Part shown: one piece after another, positions 1-9,788 of the stretch
Position numbering within the stretch: position 1 is the stretch's first letter
How the letters are laid out: each line of letters starts with the position of its first letter
Assembly (NCBI RefSeq): GCF_004353825.1
Contig: NZ_SMNA01000003.1
Coordinates: forward strand, 124,001 to 188,000
Origin: Occultella glacieicola
GTDB lineage: Bacteria > Actinomycetota > Actinomycetes > Actinomycetales > Beutenbergiaceae
Reading direction: 5' to 3'
DNA: 64,000 nucleotides
The notes under the pieces: model-generated
The model's database searches: none
Told to the model about the DNA's origin: nothing
What the model saw: only the letters and a program-made list of their open reading frames with translations
Translations under genes and position numbers: made by a program

Positions 1-144
1 CCCTTCCAACGGCGCGTGGCCGCGCAGCGACTCGGTCTCCGGGTCACCGCCGTGCCGGGCGGGCACATGGGCATGGTGTCCCGACCGGGTCCACTCGCCG
101 CGGCGCTGCGCTCCTGTGTCGGGTCCATCTCCACCACGATCTGA
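1..144 (+). CDS. C-terminal fragment of a probable alpha/beta hydrolase (5' end outside window)
   Basis: Frame 1 reads PFQRRVAAQRLGLRVTAVPGGHMGMVSRPGPLAAAL...TI*; GGH..SRP..LA resembles hydrolase C-termini carrying the catalytic His. Confidence 0.6.
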   Translation, partial: PFQRRVAAQRLGLRVTAVPGGHMGMVSRPGPLAAALRSCVGSISTTI

Positions 145-189
145 CAACCTGTTCGCACGTTGGAAACGCGACGGTCGTAGCATGGCCGC

Positions 190-1464
190 GTGCTGGTGTG
201 CGTGAGTGCGAGTCATCGAACCGCGAGCTTCGCGGTCCTCGAACGACTCACGGCCGCCCATCCGGACCCGGCCGCACACCTCGCTGACGACGGGGTGCAG
301 GGCGCCGTGCTGGTCACCACCTGCAACCGGGTCGAGGCCTATCTGGACGTCGCGGCCCAGACCGAGGCGCAGATCGACGCGGCGGTGAGCACCGCCATCG
401 AGCGCCTCGCCACCGCGGCCGGAATCGATCCCGGCGAACTGCGCGCCCGGTCCCGGACGATGAGCTCCAGCCGGGTCGCCGCGCACCTGTTCGCGGTCGC
501 CAGCGGCCTCGACTCCGTGGTGGTCGGCGAGGACGAGATCGCCGGTCAGGTACGCCGTGCCCTGGCCGATGCCCGCGCGGCCGGCGCCACCACGACCGCC
601 CTGGAGCGCCTGTTCCAGATGGCCTCGACCACCTCGCGCGGGGTGAAGAACACGACCGGGATCAACGCGGCGGGACGGTCCATGGTCCGCCTGGCCCTTG
701 ACCTCACCGAGAGCCGGATCCCGCAGTGGGCCGGCGCCCGGGTGCTGATCATCGGCACCGGCGCCTACGCACGCACCACGCTCGCCGCGCTGCGCGAGCG
801 CGGGGTGAGCACCGTGGACGTGGCCTCCCCGTCCGGGCGTGAGCAGCAGTTCGCGAGCCGGGAGGGGGTGCGACCGGTCGGTGCGGGCGAGGTGCCGGCC
901 GCGCTCGGCCGGGCGGACCTCATCATCACCTCCACGAACCAGGTCGCCCTGGACGCCGGGCGGCTCGCACCCGCCCGCCGCGGTGAGCGGCCCCTGCTGA
1001 TCATCGACCTCGGGCTGCCCGGCAACGTCACCAAGGACGTCACCGGGTTGCCCGGCGTGGATCTGCTCGACCTGGAGACGATCAGCCTGCACGCCCCGGT
1101 CGCGGAACTGAACGCGAGCGCCCAGGCCCACGACCTGGTGGCTGCCGCGACCCGGGAGTACGAGACCCGCACCGCCGCCGAGACCGCGGCTCCCGCGATC
1201 GTGGCCTACCGCGGTCGCATCGAGGAACTCCTCGAGGCCGAACTGGCTCGAGCCCGCGCCCGCGGTGAGCACACCGAGGAGGTGGAGCGCGCGCTGCGGC
1301 ACTTCGCCGGCGTGTTGGTGCACTCCCCCACGGCCCGGGTCCGCGACCTCGCCACGCAGGGCCGGTTGCCGGAGGCAACGGATGCGCTCGCCGCCCTGTA
1401 CGGCCTGCACGTGCCGCCCCATGACGAGAAGACGCTCGGGATGACCTACCGCCGCATCGGTTGA
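190..1464 (+). CDS. hemA: Glutamyl-tRNA reductase
   Basis: SHRTA N-terminus, catalytic TCNRVE, ASGLDSVVVGE, GTGA NADPH-binding motif, IDLGLP; TAGCAT -10 six nt before GTG. Confidence 0.93.
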   Translation: MLVCVSASHRTASFAVLERLTAAHPDPAAHLADDGVQGAVLVTTCNRVEAYLDVAAQTEAQIDAAVSTAIERLATAAGIDPGELRARSRTMSSSRVAAHLFAVASGLDSVVVGEDEIAGQVRRALADARAAGATTTALERLFQMASTTSRGVKNTTGINAAGRSMVRLALDLTESRIPQWAGARVLIIGTGAYARTTLAALRERGVSTVDVASPSGREQQFASREGVRPVGAGEVPAALGRADLIITSTNQVALDAGRLAPARRGERPLLIIDLGLPGNVTKDVTGLPGVDLLDLETISLHAPVAELNASAQAHDLVAAATREYETRTAAETAAPAIVAYRGRIEELLEAELARARARGEHTEEVERALRHFAGVLVHSPTARVRDLATQGRLPEATDALAALYGLHVPPHDEKTLGMTYRRIG

Positions 1465-1521
1465 GGCGACCGGGGGCCCTGACTCCCGCGGGCGAGCCGG
1501 CGCAGGGTGAATGATGGGCTC

Positions 1522-2785
1522 GTGACCGGCCACGACTGGACCCTGCGGCACCCGACCCGCAACGCCGCCCACCGCGGGGCGGCAGGCACGCAAGTCCGCG
1601 CCACGTCGCTCGCTCGGCACCTTCATGACGCCGTACCGGGACCCGGTCGCGCACCTCACCGAGCAGAACGCCGACCGGGTGCCCGACCTCGTGCCGCTCC
1701 GGATGGCGCGGATGCTGCAGGACCCGTTCGCGTTCTACCGCGGGAGCGCGGGCCTGATGGCCCTCGACCTGGCCGACGCCGCACCATGGGACTGGGACCT
1801 CAAACGCCTGGTGACGAGCGCCGTCGTCAGGGGACGCCACGCCGGGTACGACGGCGCCGACATCGAGCGGACCGCCCGCGAGGCCCTGCGCACGTACGCG
1901 ACGGCCCTCGCCGATATCACTGCCCTCTCGCCGACGGCGCGCTACTTCATGCACACCGGGACCGCCAAGGCCGGGCGATGGCTCGACAAGGCCACCCGCA
2001 CGGCCCTGCAGGACGCGGTCACGCGGGCGCGCAAGCGCACCGGCGGCCGCGCGGTCCGGCGGACCACCGAGCGCGGCCCCGACGGCCGGCTCCGGTTCAT
2101 CGAGAACCCGCCGACGATGGCGCACCTGGGTGCGGACGCCGCCGAGGCCATGACGGACATCGTCGACCGCGTGCTCTCGAGCATGAACGTCGACGTGGCC
2201 CTCGTCGTGAGCCAGTACCGGCCCCTGGACCTCGTGCGTCGGGTGGTCGGCGTCGGCAGCGTGGGCACCCGGTCCTTCCTGCAGTTGATGGGCGGCGCCG
2301 ACGACGACGTCCTGCTCCTGCAGGTGAAGGAGGCGACCGAGTCGGTCCTGGTCCGGTACGGGCGGGCCGAGCAGCCGCAACGGATCGTCCGCGGGATCGC
2401 CGGGCGGGGCAACGGGCTGCGGGTCGTGGCGCTGCAGCGCGTGCTCCAGGGGGTCTCCGACCCCTACCTCGGGCACGTGCAGGTGGGCGGCCGGGACTAT
2501 TACCTGCGTCAGTTCCACGACATGAAGGGGTCGGTCGACCTCGGCGACCTGGACGCGGACACGTTCCGGCAGTACGTCGCCGCCTGCGCGGCCATCCTGG
2601 CGCGCGCACACGCGCAGAGCCCCACCGCGAGCGGGGTGGTCGGCTACATCGGCAGCGGCGGCGCGCTGACCGACGCGATCACGGCCTGGGCGCACGCCTA
2701 CGCCGATCAGTCCCGGCGCGACTACGACACCGTGCGCGCCGCTGCGGCGGCCGGGCGGGTCCCGCTGGCCGACGGGGTGAACTGA
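1522..2785 (+). pseudogene. DUF2252 family protein with N-terminal frameshift and apparent internal deletion
   Basis: DPFAFYRGSA, WDWDLKRL, RVVGVGSVGTR, LQVKEA, LARAHA motifs; GTG at 1522 is out of frame with TAGRQARKSAPRRSLG (shift near 1570); the GDAH..NFG..DLNDFDE segment usual for the family is absent between ADA and APWDWD. Confidence 0.7.
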
Positions 2786-2789
2786 TCGG

Positions 2790-3548
2790 GTGAGCGAATC
2801 GGAGGAGCCACGGGTTGCGGTCGTCGGCGACGTCGTGCACCGCCCGGCGCAGGTCTGGACGCCCACCGTGCAGGCCCTGCTGCGCCACCTGAGCGCGAAC
2901 GGACTCGCCGGCGCGGTCCCCGAACCGCTCGGCATCGACGGCGCCGTGGAGACCGTCCGCCTGGTGCCGGGCGAGGCCGGGCCGGCCTGCTGGCCGCACC
3001 AGGCGACCGAACGGGGGTTGGCGTCGGCCGGCCGACTCCTGCGGGTCGTGCATGACGCGACCCGCGGATGGCGTCCGCCGCCGGGCGCTCGGTGGTCACG
3101 CCCGCCCAGCACGGACACGACTGGCGCACCCTTCGTGATCTGCCACGGCGACCCCGGTCCGTGGAACATGACCTGGACGGGCGGCACCGCAACCGGCCTC
3201 TTCGACTGGGACCAGGCCTATCCAGGCCCTGCACTCGACGACGTCGCGTATGCGCTCGAGTATCTCGCGCCGTTCCGGGACGACGCCGAGGCGGTGCGCT
3301 GGCACGGGTTCGAGGTGCCGCCGGACCGGCGTCGACGGATCGAGGTGTTTGCGAGGGCGTACGGACTCGACTCGACCGCAGGCCTCGTCGACGCCGTCAT
3401 CCGGCGTCAGGCCCAGACCGTCGACCACGTCCGAGCGCTCGCGGACGCCGGCGTGCAACCCCAAGCGAGGTGGGTGGGCGAGGGCTACCTCGACGTGCTC
3501 GCCGACCGGGTCGCCTGGTCGCGGACCAACCGCGAGCTCATGGAGTAG
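2790..3548 (+). CDS. Aminoglycoside phosphotransferase-like kinase
   Basis: CHGDPGPWN catalytic loop and GLFDWD metal-binding motif. Confidence 0.85.
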   Translation: MSESEEPRVAVVGDVVHRPAQVWTPTVQALLRHLSANGLAGAVPEPLGIDGAVETVRLVPGEAGPACWPHQATERGLASAGRLLRVVHDATRGWRPPPGARWSRPPSTDTTGAPFVICHGDPGPWNMTWTGGTATGLFDWDQAYPGPALDDVAYALEYLAPFRDDAEAVRWHGFEVPPDRRRRIEVFARAYGLDSTAGLVDAVIRRQAQTVDHVRALADAGVQPQARWVGEGYLDVLADRVAWSRTNRELME

Positions 3549-5721
3549 GCGGCGCCTCCACCTCGAGGCCGGTGTGCTGGGCGGCGAACGCGAGCTGGTC
3601 GGCGAACTCCGCCACCTGGGCGTCCTTCGGCTTGCCCATGCCATGCCCGGCGCGGGTGTCGATTCTCAAGAGCACCGGCCCGGACCCGCCTGACCCGGCG
3701 TGCTGGAGTTCGGCCCCGAACTTCAGCGAGTGCGCCGGGACCACACGGTCGTCGTGGTCACCGGTGCAGATGAGCGTCGGCGGGTAGGCGACGTCGCTGC
3801 GCACCCGGTGCAGCGGCGAGTAGGCGTGCAGCGCCGGGAAGTCCGCGGGATCGTCAGGGTCCCCGTAGTCGCTGCGCCAGGCCCAGCCGACCGTGAACAG
3901 GTGGAACCGCAGCATGTCGAGCACGCCGACCGTGGGCAGCGCGGCCGCCCACAGCTCGGGACGCTGGGTCATCGCGGCGCCGACGAGGAGCCCGCCGTTG
4001 GACCGACCATGGACCGCGATCTGCGACGCCGTGCCGGATGAGCGCAGCCACTCGGCGCAGGCGTACAGGTCGTCGAACACGTTCTGCTTGCGGTCCTTCG
4101 TGCCCGCCTCGTGCCAGTCCTCGCCGTACTCCCCGCCGCCACGCAGGGTCGCGACCGCGAGCGTGCCGCCGGCGGCGACCCAGGCGACGAAGATCGCCCG
4201 GAACTCCGGGTTCACCTCGATCCGGAAACCGCCGTAGCCGTACAGGAGGGTGGGCTGCGGCGCGCCGCCGGCAGCATCGGCGGAGTCCGCGGAGTCCGCG
4301 GAGTCCGCACGTCGGACGAGGAACATCGGCACCTCGGTGCCGTCCGCGGACGTCGCCCGTGGGCGGGTCACGGACACCTCGCCGACGTCGAAGGCACCAC
4401 CAGGTCGGGCCAGGACGCGGTGCTTGGGCGACGGCGACGTGACCACCCGGTGGTTGGTCCCGGCGTCCGTGAAGGAGACGGTGCGCACATGCACGACGGC
4501 GGATCCCTCCTCCGCGTCGATCGCCGCCACGGTCACGGACTCGCCGAGGTCGACGGCGCGGCGCTGCGCGGCGAGGGTCACCGATGCGACCGCGTCCCCC
4601 GCCGGCTCGAACGGGGCGAGCACCACGCGGTGCGTGGCGTCCCGCGAGTAGACCAGCGCAAGGCCGTCCGCGGTGAGGACGGACTCCGGCAGCAGCGCGT
4701 CCGCCGACTCCCCGACCAGCTCACGGAAGTCCGGCTCCGAATCGGCACCGACGCCGTCGGGCTCCACCGTGACGATCCGGCGGCGCGGTGCACCGTCGTC
4801 GGTGTGCAGCACGAGCCGGCCCTCCCGGGCCCCGAGGACCGACCACCGGGCGCGTGCGTCGGACGTCAGGGCGATCTCGTCGGGGTCGATGTCGGTCCCT
4901 CGCGGCCCCGGCACGAGTCGCCGCACGGCGAGGTCGCTCGGCCCGGAGGATCCGGCGGCGTACCGGATCACGAGCCAGTCGCCCGCGACGTCGGGGTAGG
5001 CGAACAGCTTGGGTGTGTCCGGCCGGTGCCACACCGTGACATCGTCGGCCGGTGCGTCACCGAGCCGGTGCAGCCGCAGGTACCCGGCCTCGGTGACGTC
5101 GGCGAAGGTCGCTCCGGCGGGGGCGTCGTGCACCCAGTACAGGAAGCCGCTCGAGTCCGGCAGCCAGGTGGGCTCGACCCACTTCGTCCACGCGAGCTCG
5201 TCCGGTCGGACCGCGCCGGTGGCCACATCGAGCACCCGGATCGTGCGCCAGTCCGAGCCCGCCTCGGCGGCCGCATACGCGAGCAACTGACCGTCCGGGC
5301 TGACGGACCAACTGGTCACCGCCGTCGTCCCCGTGGCGTCCAGCGCGTTCGGGTCGAGCAGCACCCGGGACTCCAGCGACGGCTCGGCGCCGTCATCGGA
5401 AACGACCAGCACGTCCTGGTTCGTGGTCCCGTCGTTCACCCACGCGAACGTGCGACCCAGGCGTTCGTGCGGGAGACCGACGCTCGGCGCGTGCAGGATC
5501 CGGGTGAGGAGGTCGGAGAAGGCAGCTCGTCCGGGCAGCGCGGCGAGGATCGGTGCACTCAGCTCGTTCTGCGCCGCCACGAAGGCCCGCGTCTCGGCCG
5601 CGTCCGGGTCCTCGAGCCAGCGGTACGGGTCGGCGACCCGCTCCCCGTGCAGGACGTCGAACGTTTCGGACCGGCGGGCGGGCGGGTAGGTGACGGGTGC
5701 GGGACGCGAGTCGAGGGGCAT
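3538..5721 (-). CDS. Prolyl oligopeptidase (S9A)
   Basis: ADPYRWLED, YGYGGF, RGGGEYG, GRSNGG (Ser), DHDDRV (Asp), AGHG (His). Confidence 0.95.
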   Translation of the reverse strand: MPLDSRPAPVTYPPARRSETFDVLHGERVADPYRWLEDPDAAETRAFVAAQNELSAPILAALPGRAAFSDLLTRILHAPSVGLPHERLGRTFAWVNDGTTNQDVLVVSDDGAEPSLESRVLLDPNALDATGTTAVTSWSVSPDGQLLAYAAAEAGSDWRTIRVLDVATGAVRPDELAWTKWVEPTWLPDSSGFLYWVHDAPAGATFADVTEAGYLRLHRLGDAPADDVTVWHRPDTPKLFAYPDVAGDWLVIRYAAGSSGPSDLAVRRLVPGPRGTDIDPDEIALTSDARARWSVLGAREGRLVLHTDDGAPRRRIVTVEPDGVGADSEPDFRELVGESADALLPESVLTADGLALVYSRDATHRVVLAPFEPAGDAVASVTLAAQRRAVDLGESVTVAAIDAEEGSAVVHVRTVSFTDAGTNHRVVTSPSPKHRVLARPGGAFDVGEVSVTRPRATSADGTEVPMFLVRRADSADSADSADAAGGAPQPTLLYGYGGFRIEVNPEFRAIFVAWVAAGGTLAVATLRGGGEYGEDWHEAGTKDRKQNVFDDLYACAEWLRSSGTASQIAVHGRSNGGLLVGAAMTQRPELWAAALPTVGVLDMLRFHLFTVGWAWRSDYGDPDDPADFPALHAYSPLHRVRSDVAYPPTLICTGDHDDRVVPAHSLKFGAELQHAGSGGSGPVLLRIDTRAGHGMGKPKDAQVAEFADQLAFAAQHTGLEVEAPPTP
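4280..4308. repeat. In-frame 9-bp tandem repeat (GCGGAGTCC x3) in the peptidase gene
   Basis: Read directly; encodes ADSADSADS on the minus strand. Confidence 0.85.
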
Positions 5722-5780
5722 GCACCCCAGTCAATCGCACCCGCGGCAGACCCCGACACAACCGTGGCAGGCTGGGCCCC

Positions 5781-6593
5781 ATGAGTACCTATCCCACCCT
5801 GGACCGGTTCGACTTCCCGGTGGCGCTGGCCGTCTCCTCCTCGTCCGAGGTGCTCAGTTTCGACGGCGACGTGGAGGAGGTGTTCGCGTGGAAGTCGGTC
5901 ACGAAGCCGCTGGCGGCCCTCGCGGTGCTGGTCGCGGTGGACCGGGGCAGGCTCGGGCTCGACGATCCCGCGGGGCCGGAGGGCTCGACCGTGCGGCACC
6001 TGCTCGCGCACGCGTCCGGGCTGCCGTTCGAGGACGGTGCGGTGCTGCAGCGTCCCGGCCTGCGCCGCGTGTACTCGAACCAGGGCTTCGACATCCTCGG
6101 TGACCACGTCGCTGCGGCCGTGGGCGTGTCGTTCCCCGAGTGGACCCGGACCGCGGTGCTCGAGCCGCTGGAGCTGAGCAGTGTCAGCTTCGACGGCAGC
6201 CCCGCGTACGCGGCGAGCGGCTCCACCCACGACGTGCTCGCGCTCGGTCTCGAGATGCTGACGCCGACGTTGATCTCGGCCGACCTCGGCGAGACGGCTT
6301 GCACGGTGGCGTTCCCCGGGCTGTCCGGAGTGCTGCCCGGGTTCGGTCGCCAAGAACACAACGACTGGGGCCTCGGCTACGAGATCCGCGATCACAAGAC
6401 CCCGCACTGGACCGGCGCGTCGAACTCCCCGGCCACGTTCGGGCACTTCGGGCAGTCCGGCAGCTTCGTCTGGGTGGATCCGGAGGCGGACCTGGTTGCC
6501 GCGTTCCTCGGCGCCCGCACGTTCCGGTCCGAGGTGCACGGCGAACTGTGGCCGCTTCTGAACGAGGAGATCCTCACGGCCCACCGGCGTTGA
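5781..6593 (+). CDS. Serine hydrolase, beta-lactamase family
   Basis: SVTK (SxxK), LLAHASGL, YSN, FGHFGQSG; ATG at 5781. Confidence 0.9.
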   Translation: MSTYPTLDRFDFPVALAVSSSSEVLSFDGDVEEVFAWKSVTKPLAALAVLVAVDRGRLGLDDPAGPEGSTVRHLLAHASGLPFEDGAVLQRPGLRRVYSNQGFDILGDHVAAAVGVSFPEWTRTAVLEPLELSSVSFDGSPAYAASGSTHDVLALGLEMLTPTLISADLGETACTVAFPGLSGVLPGFGRQEHNDWGLGYEIRDHKTPHWTGASNSPATFGHFGQSGSFVWVDPEADLVAAFLGARTFRSEVHGELWPLLNEEILTAHRR

Positions 6594-6615
6594 GCTGCAC
6601 GGTCGGACCGGGTCG

Positions 6616-6957
6616 TCAGTTCGTCCGGATCAGTTCGACGACGTCCGCGGCGTTCAGGCCCTCGGGGAGCCCGATCCGGACGGTGCCGAGGTCCTCCAAC
6701 GGCTCGGGTACCGCGGCCGCCGAGACGGGAGACCCACCGACGCTCAGGACGAGCCGGGCGGACTCCCCGGCCGCGGCGATCTCCGTCGCCAGCTCCGCGA
6801 GCACCGCCTCGCCCTCCGGCGAGACCGCCAGGTCGACCGCTCCCCCGGTGAGCTGGGTCGTCGTCGCCTCGTCGCCACCGCCATCTCCGGCCGAGCACGC
6901 ACCCAGCATCAGCGCGAAGATCACGGGAACGCAGGACCACCAGCCCCGAGCACGCAT
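6616..6957 (-). CDS. Hypothetical lipoprotein
   Basis: Basic N-terminus, hydrophobic stretch, LGAC lipobox. Confidence 0.6.
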   Translation of the reverse strand: MRARGWWSCVPVIFALMLGACSAGDGGGDEATTTQLTGGAVDLAVSPEGEAVLAELATEIAAAGESARLVLSVGGSPVSAAAVPEPLEDLGTVRIGLPEGLNAADVVELIRTN

Positions 6958-7022
6958 ATCGCGGCCCTCCCTCGTCGGGTGGAACGCCGGCGCGCACCAC
7001 GATCCGATGCTATCCGGGCGGC

Positions 7023-7787
7023 TCAGCCCGCGAGCAGCTCCGCGTCCGCGCGGGCCGTCGCGCCGTTGCCGTAGCGGTGCACGAAGGCTCGCACCAGCGC
7101 GTGGGCGGTTGTCACGTCTGCCCGCGCGACCCGGTCCAGCACGGCTGCCACCTCCGCCGCGTCGAAGTAGCCGGAGTCGCGGTAGACCTCGATCCGGGTG
7201 GTCACCGAGGCCAGGTCCATCTCCGGGTGGAACTGGGTGACGTACCCGTGCCGGCCGAGCCGGTACATCTGCACCGGGCAGGTCGCCGACGTCGCGAGGA
7301 CGGTCGCCCCGGCCGGCAGCCGGGTGACCGCCTCCTTGTGCCCCACGTAGGCCTCGAACGCCGTCGGCAGGTCTGCCAGCAGCGGGTCTGCCACACCGTC
7401 GGGGGTCAGCTCGATCCGGGCCGCGGAGGTCTGCTCGCCGTACGTGGCGTCCACCACGCCGCCGGCGCGGGCGCCGACGATCCCGACGCCGTAGCAGAGG
7501 GCAAGCATCGGCAGGTCGCGGCGGATTACCTCGTCGACGATGAGACCGAGGTCAGCCTCCACCCGGCGCTGCACGGGCGACTTGTGCGCGTCGGACACGG
7601 TGAACGGGCTGCCCCCGATGATCACCCCGGCGTACTCGGTCAGATCCCGCGGCGGCATCTGACCGGCCTCGAGCCGCACCCGGACGAGTTCCCCGGGAGC
7701 CAGGGCGCCGTGGCGCAGCAAGCTGCGGTACTCCTCGTCCGCCGCCGCGTCCTCCGCGCGGGAGGCGAGCAGGAGGAAGGGGCGCAT
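7023..7787 (-). CDS. Class I glutamine amidotransferase
   Basis: IIGGSPF, LCYG nucleophile, QFHPE; start MRPFLLL at 7787. Confidence 0.9.
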   Translation of the reverse strand: MRPFLLLASRAEDAAADEEYRSLLRHGALAPGELVRVRLEAGQMPPRDLTEYAGVIIGGSPFTVSDAHKSPVQRRVEADLGLIVDEVIRRDLPMLALCYGVGIVGARAGGVVDATYGEQTSAARIELTPDGVADPLLADLPTAFEAYVGHKEAVTRLPAGATVLATSATCPVQMYRLGRHGYVTQFHPEMDLASVTTRIEVYRDSGYFDAAEVAAVLDRVARADVTTAHALVRAFVHRYGNGATARADAELLAG

Positions 7788-7887
7788 GCCGCAAGTCTTC
7801 CCGACGGCGACCACTCGCCCGTGCGGGCCCAAATTCCGTCTCAGTCCGTGGTCACCGGCTCTCATCCGGCCGGTGACCATGGGCGAT

Positions 7888-8850
7888 CTACGCCAACCCC
7901 ATCGCAGTCCTAGCCTCGGCGAGCACAGGCGCGGTGACTCGACGACATACCTCGGCGCCGGCCGCGAACACCGATGACACGTCGCCGGGATCGAGTTCGG
8001 AATACCGGATCTGGATCGGCTCGAGCTCGGCTATCACGGCGTCGGTCACCGCAGCCTTGAGGGCTCCGTAGGTCGTGATGCCCTCGGCCGAGCCGCCACA
8101 GGCCGCGAGGATGTCGAGCAGGTTGGTCACTCCGGGCTTGGTCTCACGATCGGGCCGCACCGAGCCCACGCCCACGTCCGAGTCCGTCACGGCGCGACCG
8201 ATCTTCCGGCGTACCACGTCGGGCGGGTCGAGCAGGTAGATGGTCCCGCCGCCGTCGTCGCGGGACTTGTCCATCTTCGAGGTCGGGTCCTGCAGGTCCA
8301 TCACGCGTGCACCGGCCGGCGCCGTGACGATCTCGGGGACCTTGAACACCTCGCCGTAGGTACGGTTGAACCGCAGCGCAAGGTTCCTCGTGAGTTCGAC
8401 ATGTTGGCGCTGGTCGTCGCCGACCGGCACGTGGGTCGGCCGGTAGAGCAGGATGTCGGCAGCCATGAGCGCCGGGTAGGTGAACAGTGAGACGCGAGTC
8501 GAGGGCCGGTTGCGACCCTTCTCCTTGAACTGGATCATCCGGTTCAGCTCGCCGATGTGGGCCGTGCACTCCAGCAGGTAGGACAACTCGGCGTGCGCAG
8601 GCACGTGGCTCTGGACGAACAGTGTGCTCCGGTCGAGCCCCACGGCCAGCAGCAGGCGCGCCATCTCGGTGCTCAACGCCCGCAGCCGGGCCGGGTCCTG
8701 GTCGACTGTGAGGGCATGGAGGTCGGCGATGCCGTAGAAGCAGGCGTTCCCACTAGCCGGGAACTGCGCGGCGGCCATCGGACGTAGCGCGCCGAGCAGG
8801 CTCCCGATCGTGAGGTGCCCGGTGGGCTTGAGCATGGACAGATTGATCAT
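7888..8850 (-). CDS. trpS: Tryptophanyl-tRNA synthetase, probably the auxiliary type
   Basis: KPTGHLTIGS (TIGN-like), ADLHALT, YPALMAADIL, VPVGDDQRQH, KMDKS (KMSKS variant); GGAG RBS. Confidence 0.95.
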   Translation of the reverse strand: MINLSMLKPTGHLTIGSLLGALRPMAAAQFPASGNACFYGIADLHALTVDQDPARLRALSTEMARLLLAVGLDRSTLFVQSHVPAHAELSYLLECTAHIGELNRMIQFKEKGRNRPSTRVSLFTYPALMAADILLYRPTHVPVGDDQRQHVELTRNLALRFNRTYGEVFKVPEIVTAPAGARVMDLQDPTSKMDKSRDDGGGTIYLLDPPDVVRRKIGRAVTDSDVGVGSVRPDRETKPGVTNLLDILAACGGSAEGITTYGALKAAVTDAVIAELEPIQIRYSELDPGDVSSVFAAGAEVCRRVTAPVLAEARTAMGLA

Positions 8851-8900
8851 CGGGACTCCTTCGATGCGAGCCCACGAGTCCTGTCGATCAGTCGGTCACA

Positions 8901-8929
8901 ACACACGACGGCCGCCCGTGGGCGGCCGT
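8901..8929 (-). terminator. Attenuator terminator of the trpS leader
   Basis: ACGGCCGCC (8908-8916) pairs with GGCGGCCGT (8921-8929), followed on the minus strand by a GU-rich tail. Confidence 0.75.
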
Positions 8930-8960
8930 TTCGTTGAATGCTTCGAACGTGGTCCGCCGG

Positions 8961-9002
8961 TCAGGCGGGCCACCACTGCATGGAGCGGCGGGTCGTCAGC
9001 AT
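8961..9002 (-). CDS. trpS leader peptide MLTTRRSMQWWPA
   Basis: Tandem TGG TGG codons, stop upstream of the hairpin, CATGAT -10 seven nt before ATG. Confidence 0.85.
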   Translation of the reverse strand: MLTTRRSMQWWPA

Positions 9003-9057
9003 GCGGGCCATCATGTCATGGACGCCGTGTGTCTCGTGATTGGGCTCGCCCGGGCGG

Positions 9058-9469
9058 TCACTGGGAGGACCACGGATTCAGGCAGGCGACCTCGGTCCGC
9101 TCGAAGTCACGGACGTTCCTGGCGACCACCGTGAGCGCTCGGGACAGTGCGGTCGCGGCGATGAGTGCGTCGCGCTCCGGTGCCCGATCCGGAACGTGCA
9201 TCGCAGCCACGTCGGGCAGCCGGGAGATCGATGGGCAGGATCCGATCCGCAAAGCCGGTGATCACTTGATCCTGGAACCAGCACTCGATGACGTCAGCCT
9301 GCTGGCGATCGCGGCAGCGGACCGCAAGAATGCCCGTCTCGATCTCGATGATCGTGAGGACGCTGATGACGAGGCTCTCCGCGCTCTGCTGGGACACCCA
9401 CGTCTTCACGCCTGGATCACCCGATGGCCGGCGCAACTCACTGATGACGTTCGTGTCGAGCAGGTACAT
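9058..9469 (-). pseudogene. vapC: VapC PIN-domain toxin, frameshifted
   Basis: MYLLDTNVISELR...ILPIDLPAARR in one frame; AAMHVPD..DALIAATAL..VARNVRDF..NPW in another; shift near 9210. Confidence 0.85.
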
Positions 9470-9711
9470 CACAACGCTGCGGGTCGTACCTCGAGACCGA
9501 TCGGCTCGATCTCGAACTCGACGTCTTCGTCCATCTCCAACCAGTCCACAAGGTTCGTTGGCGTCCCCCGGAGGCGTTGGTACTCGTTGTAGGTCAACAA
9601 CACGAAGGCGGACCGGTTGTGATCCGTGATGAGCACAGGGCCGTCCTGCGCCGCTCGCTTCACGTGGCTCGGACGCTGATTGAACTCCGCTGCCGTCACC
9701 GTCGTCATCAC
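9469..9711 (-). CDS. Phd/YefM family antitoxin
   Basis: MTTVTAAEFNQ..KRAA..GPVLIT..FVLL; TGATG overlap with vapC; GGAGG RBS. Confidence 0.9.
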   Translation of the reverse strand: MMTTVTAAEFNQRPSHVKRAAQDGPVLITDHNRSAFVLLTYNEYQRLRGTPTNLVDWLEMDEDVEFEIEPIGLEVRPAAL

Positions 9712-9788
9712 CGGTCACCTCCGAAGTAGTACATCTAGCACCAGTGGTAGCCGCTGTCGCCCCGCAGGTCCCGGCCTGTGGATCGGCG

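Noticed and set aside
5781..6593. True beta-lactamase resistance gene
   Set aside because: No signal peptide; fits the cytoplasmic esterase-like members of the family
8851..9057. T-box riboswitch upstream of trpS
   Set aside because: No T-box consensus seen; the Trp-Trp leader peptide and terminator explain the region
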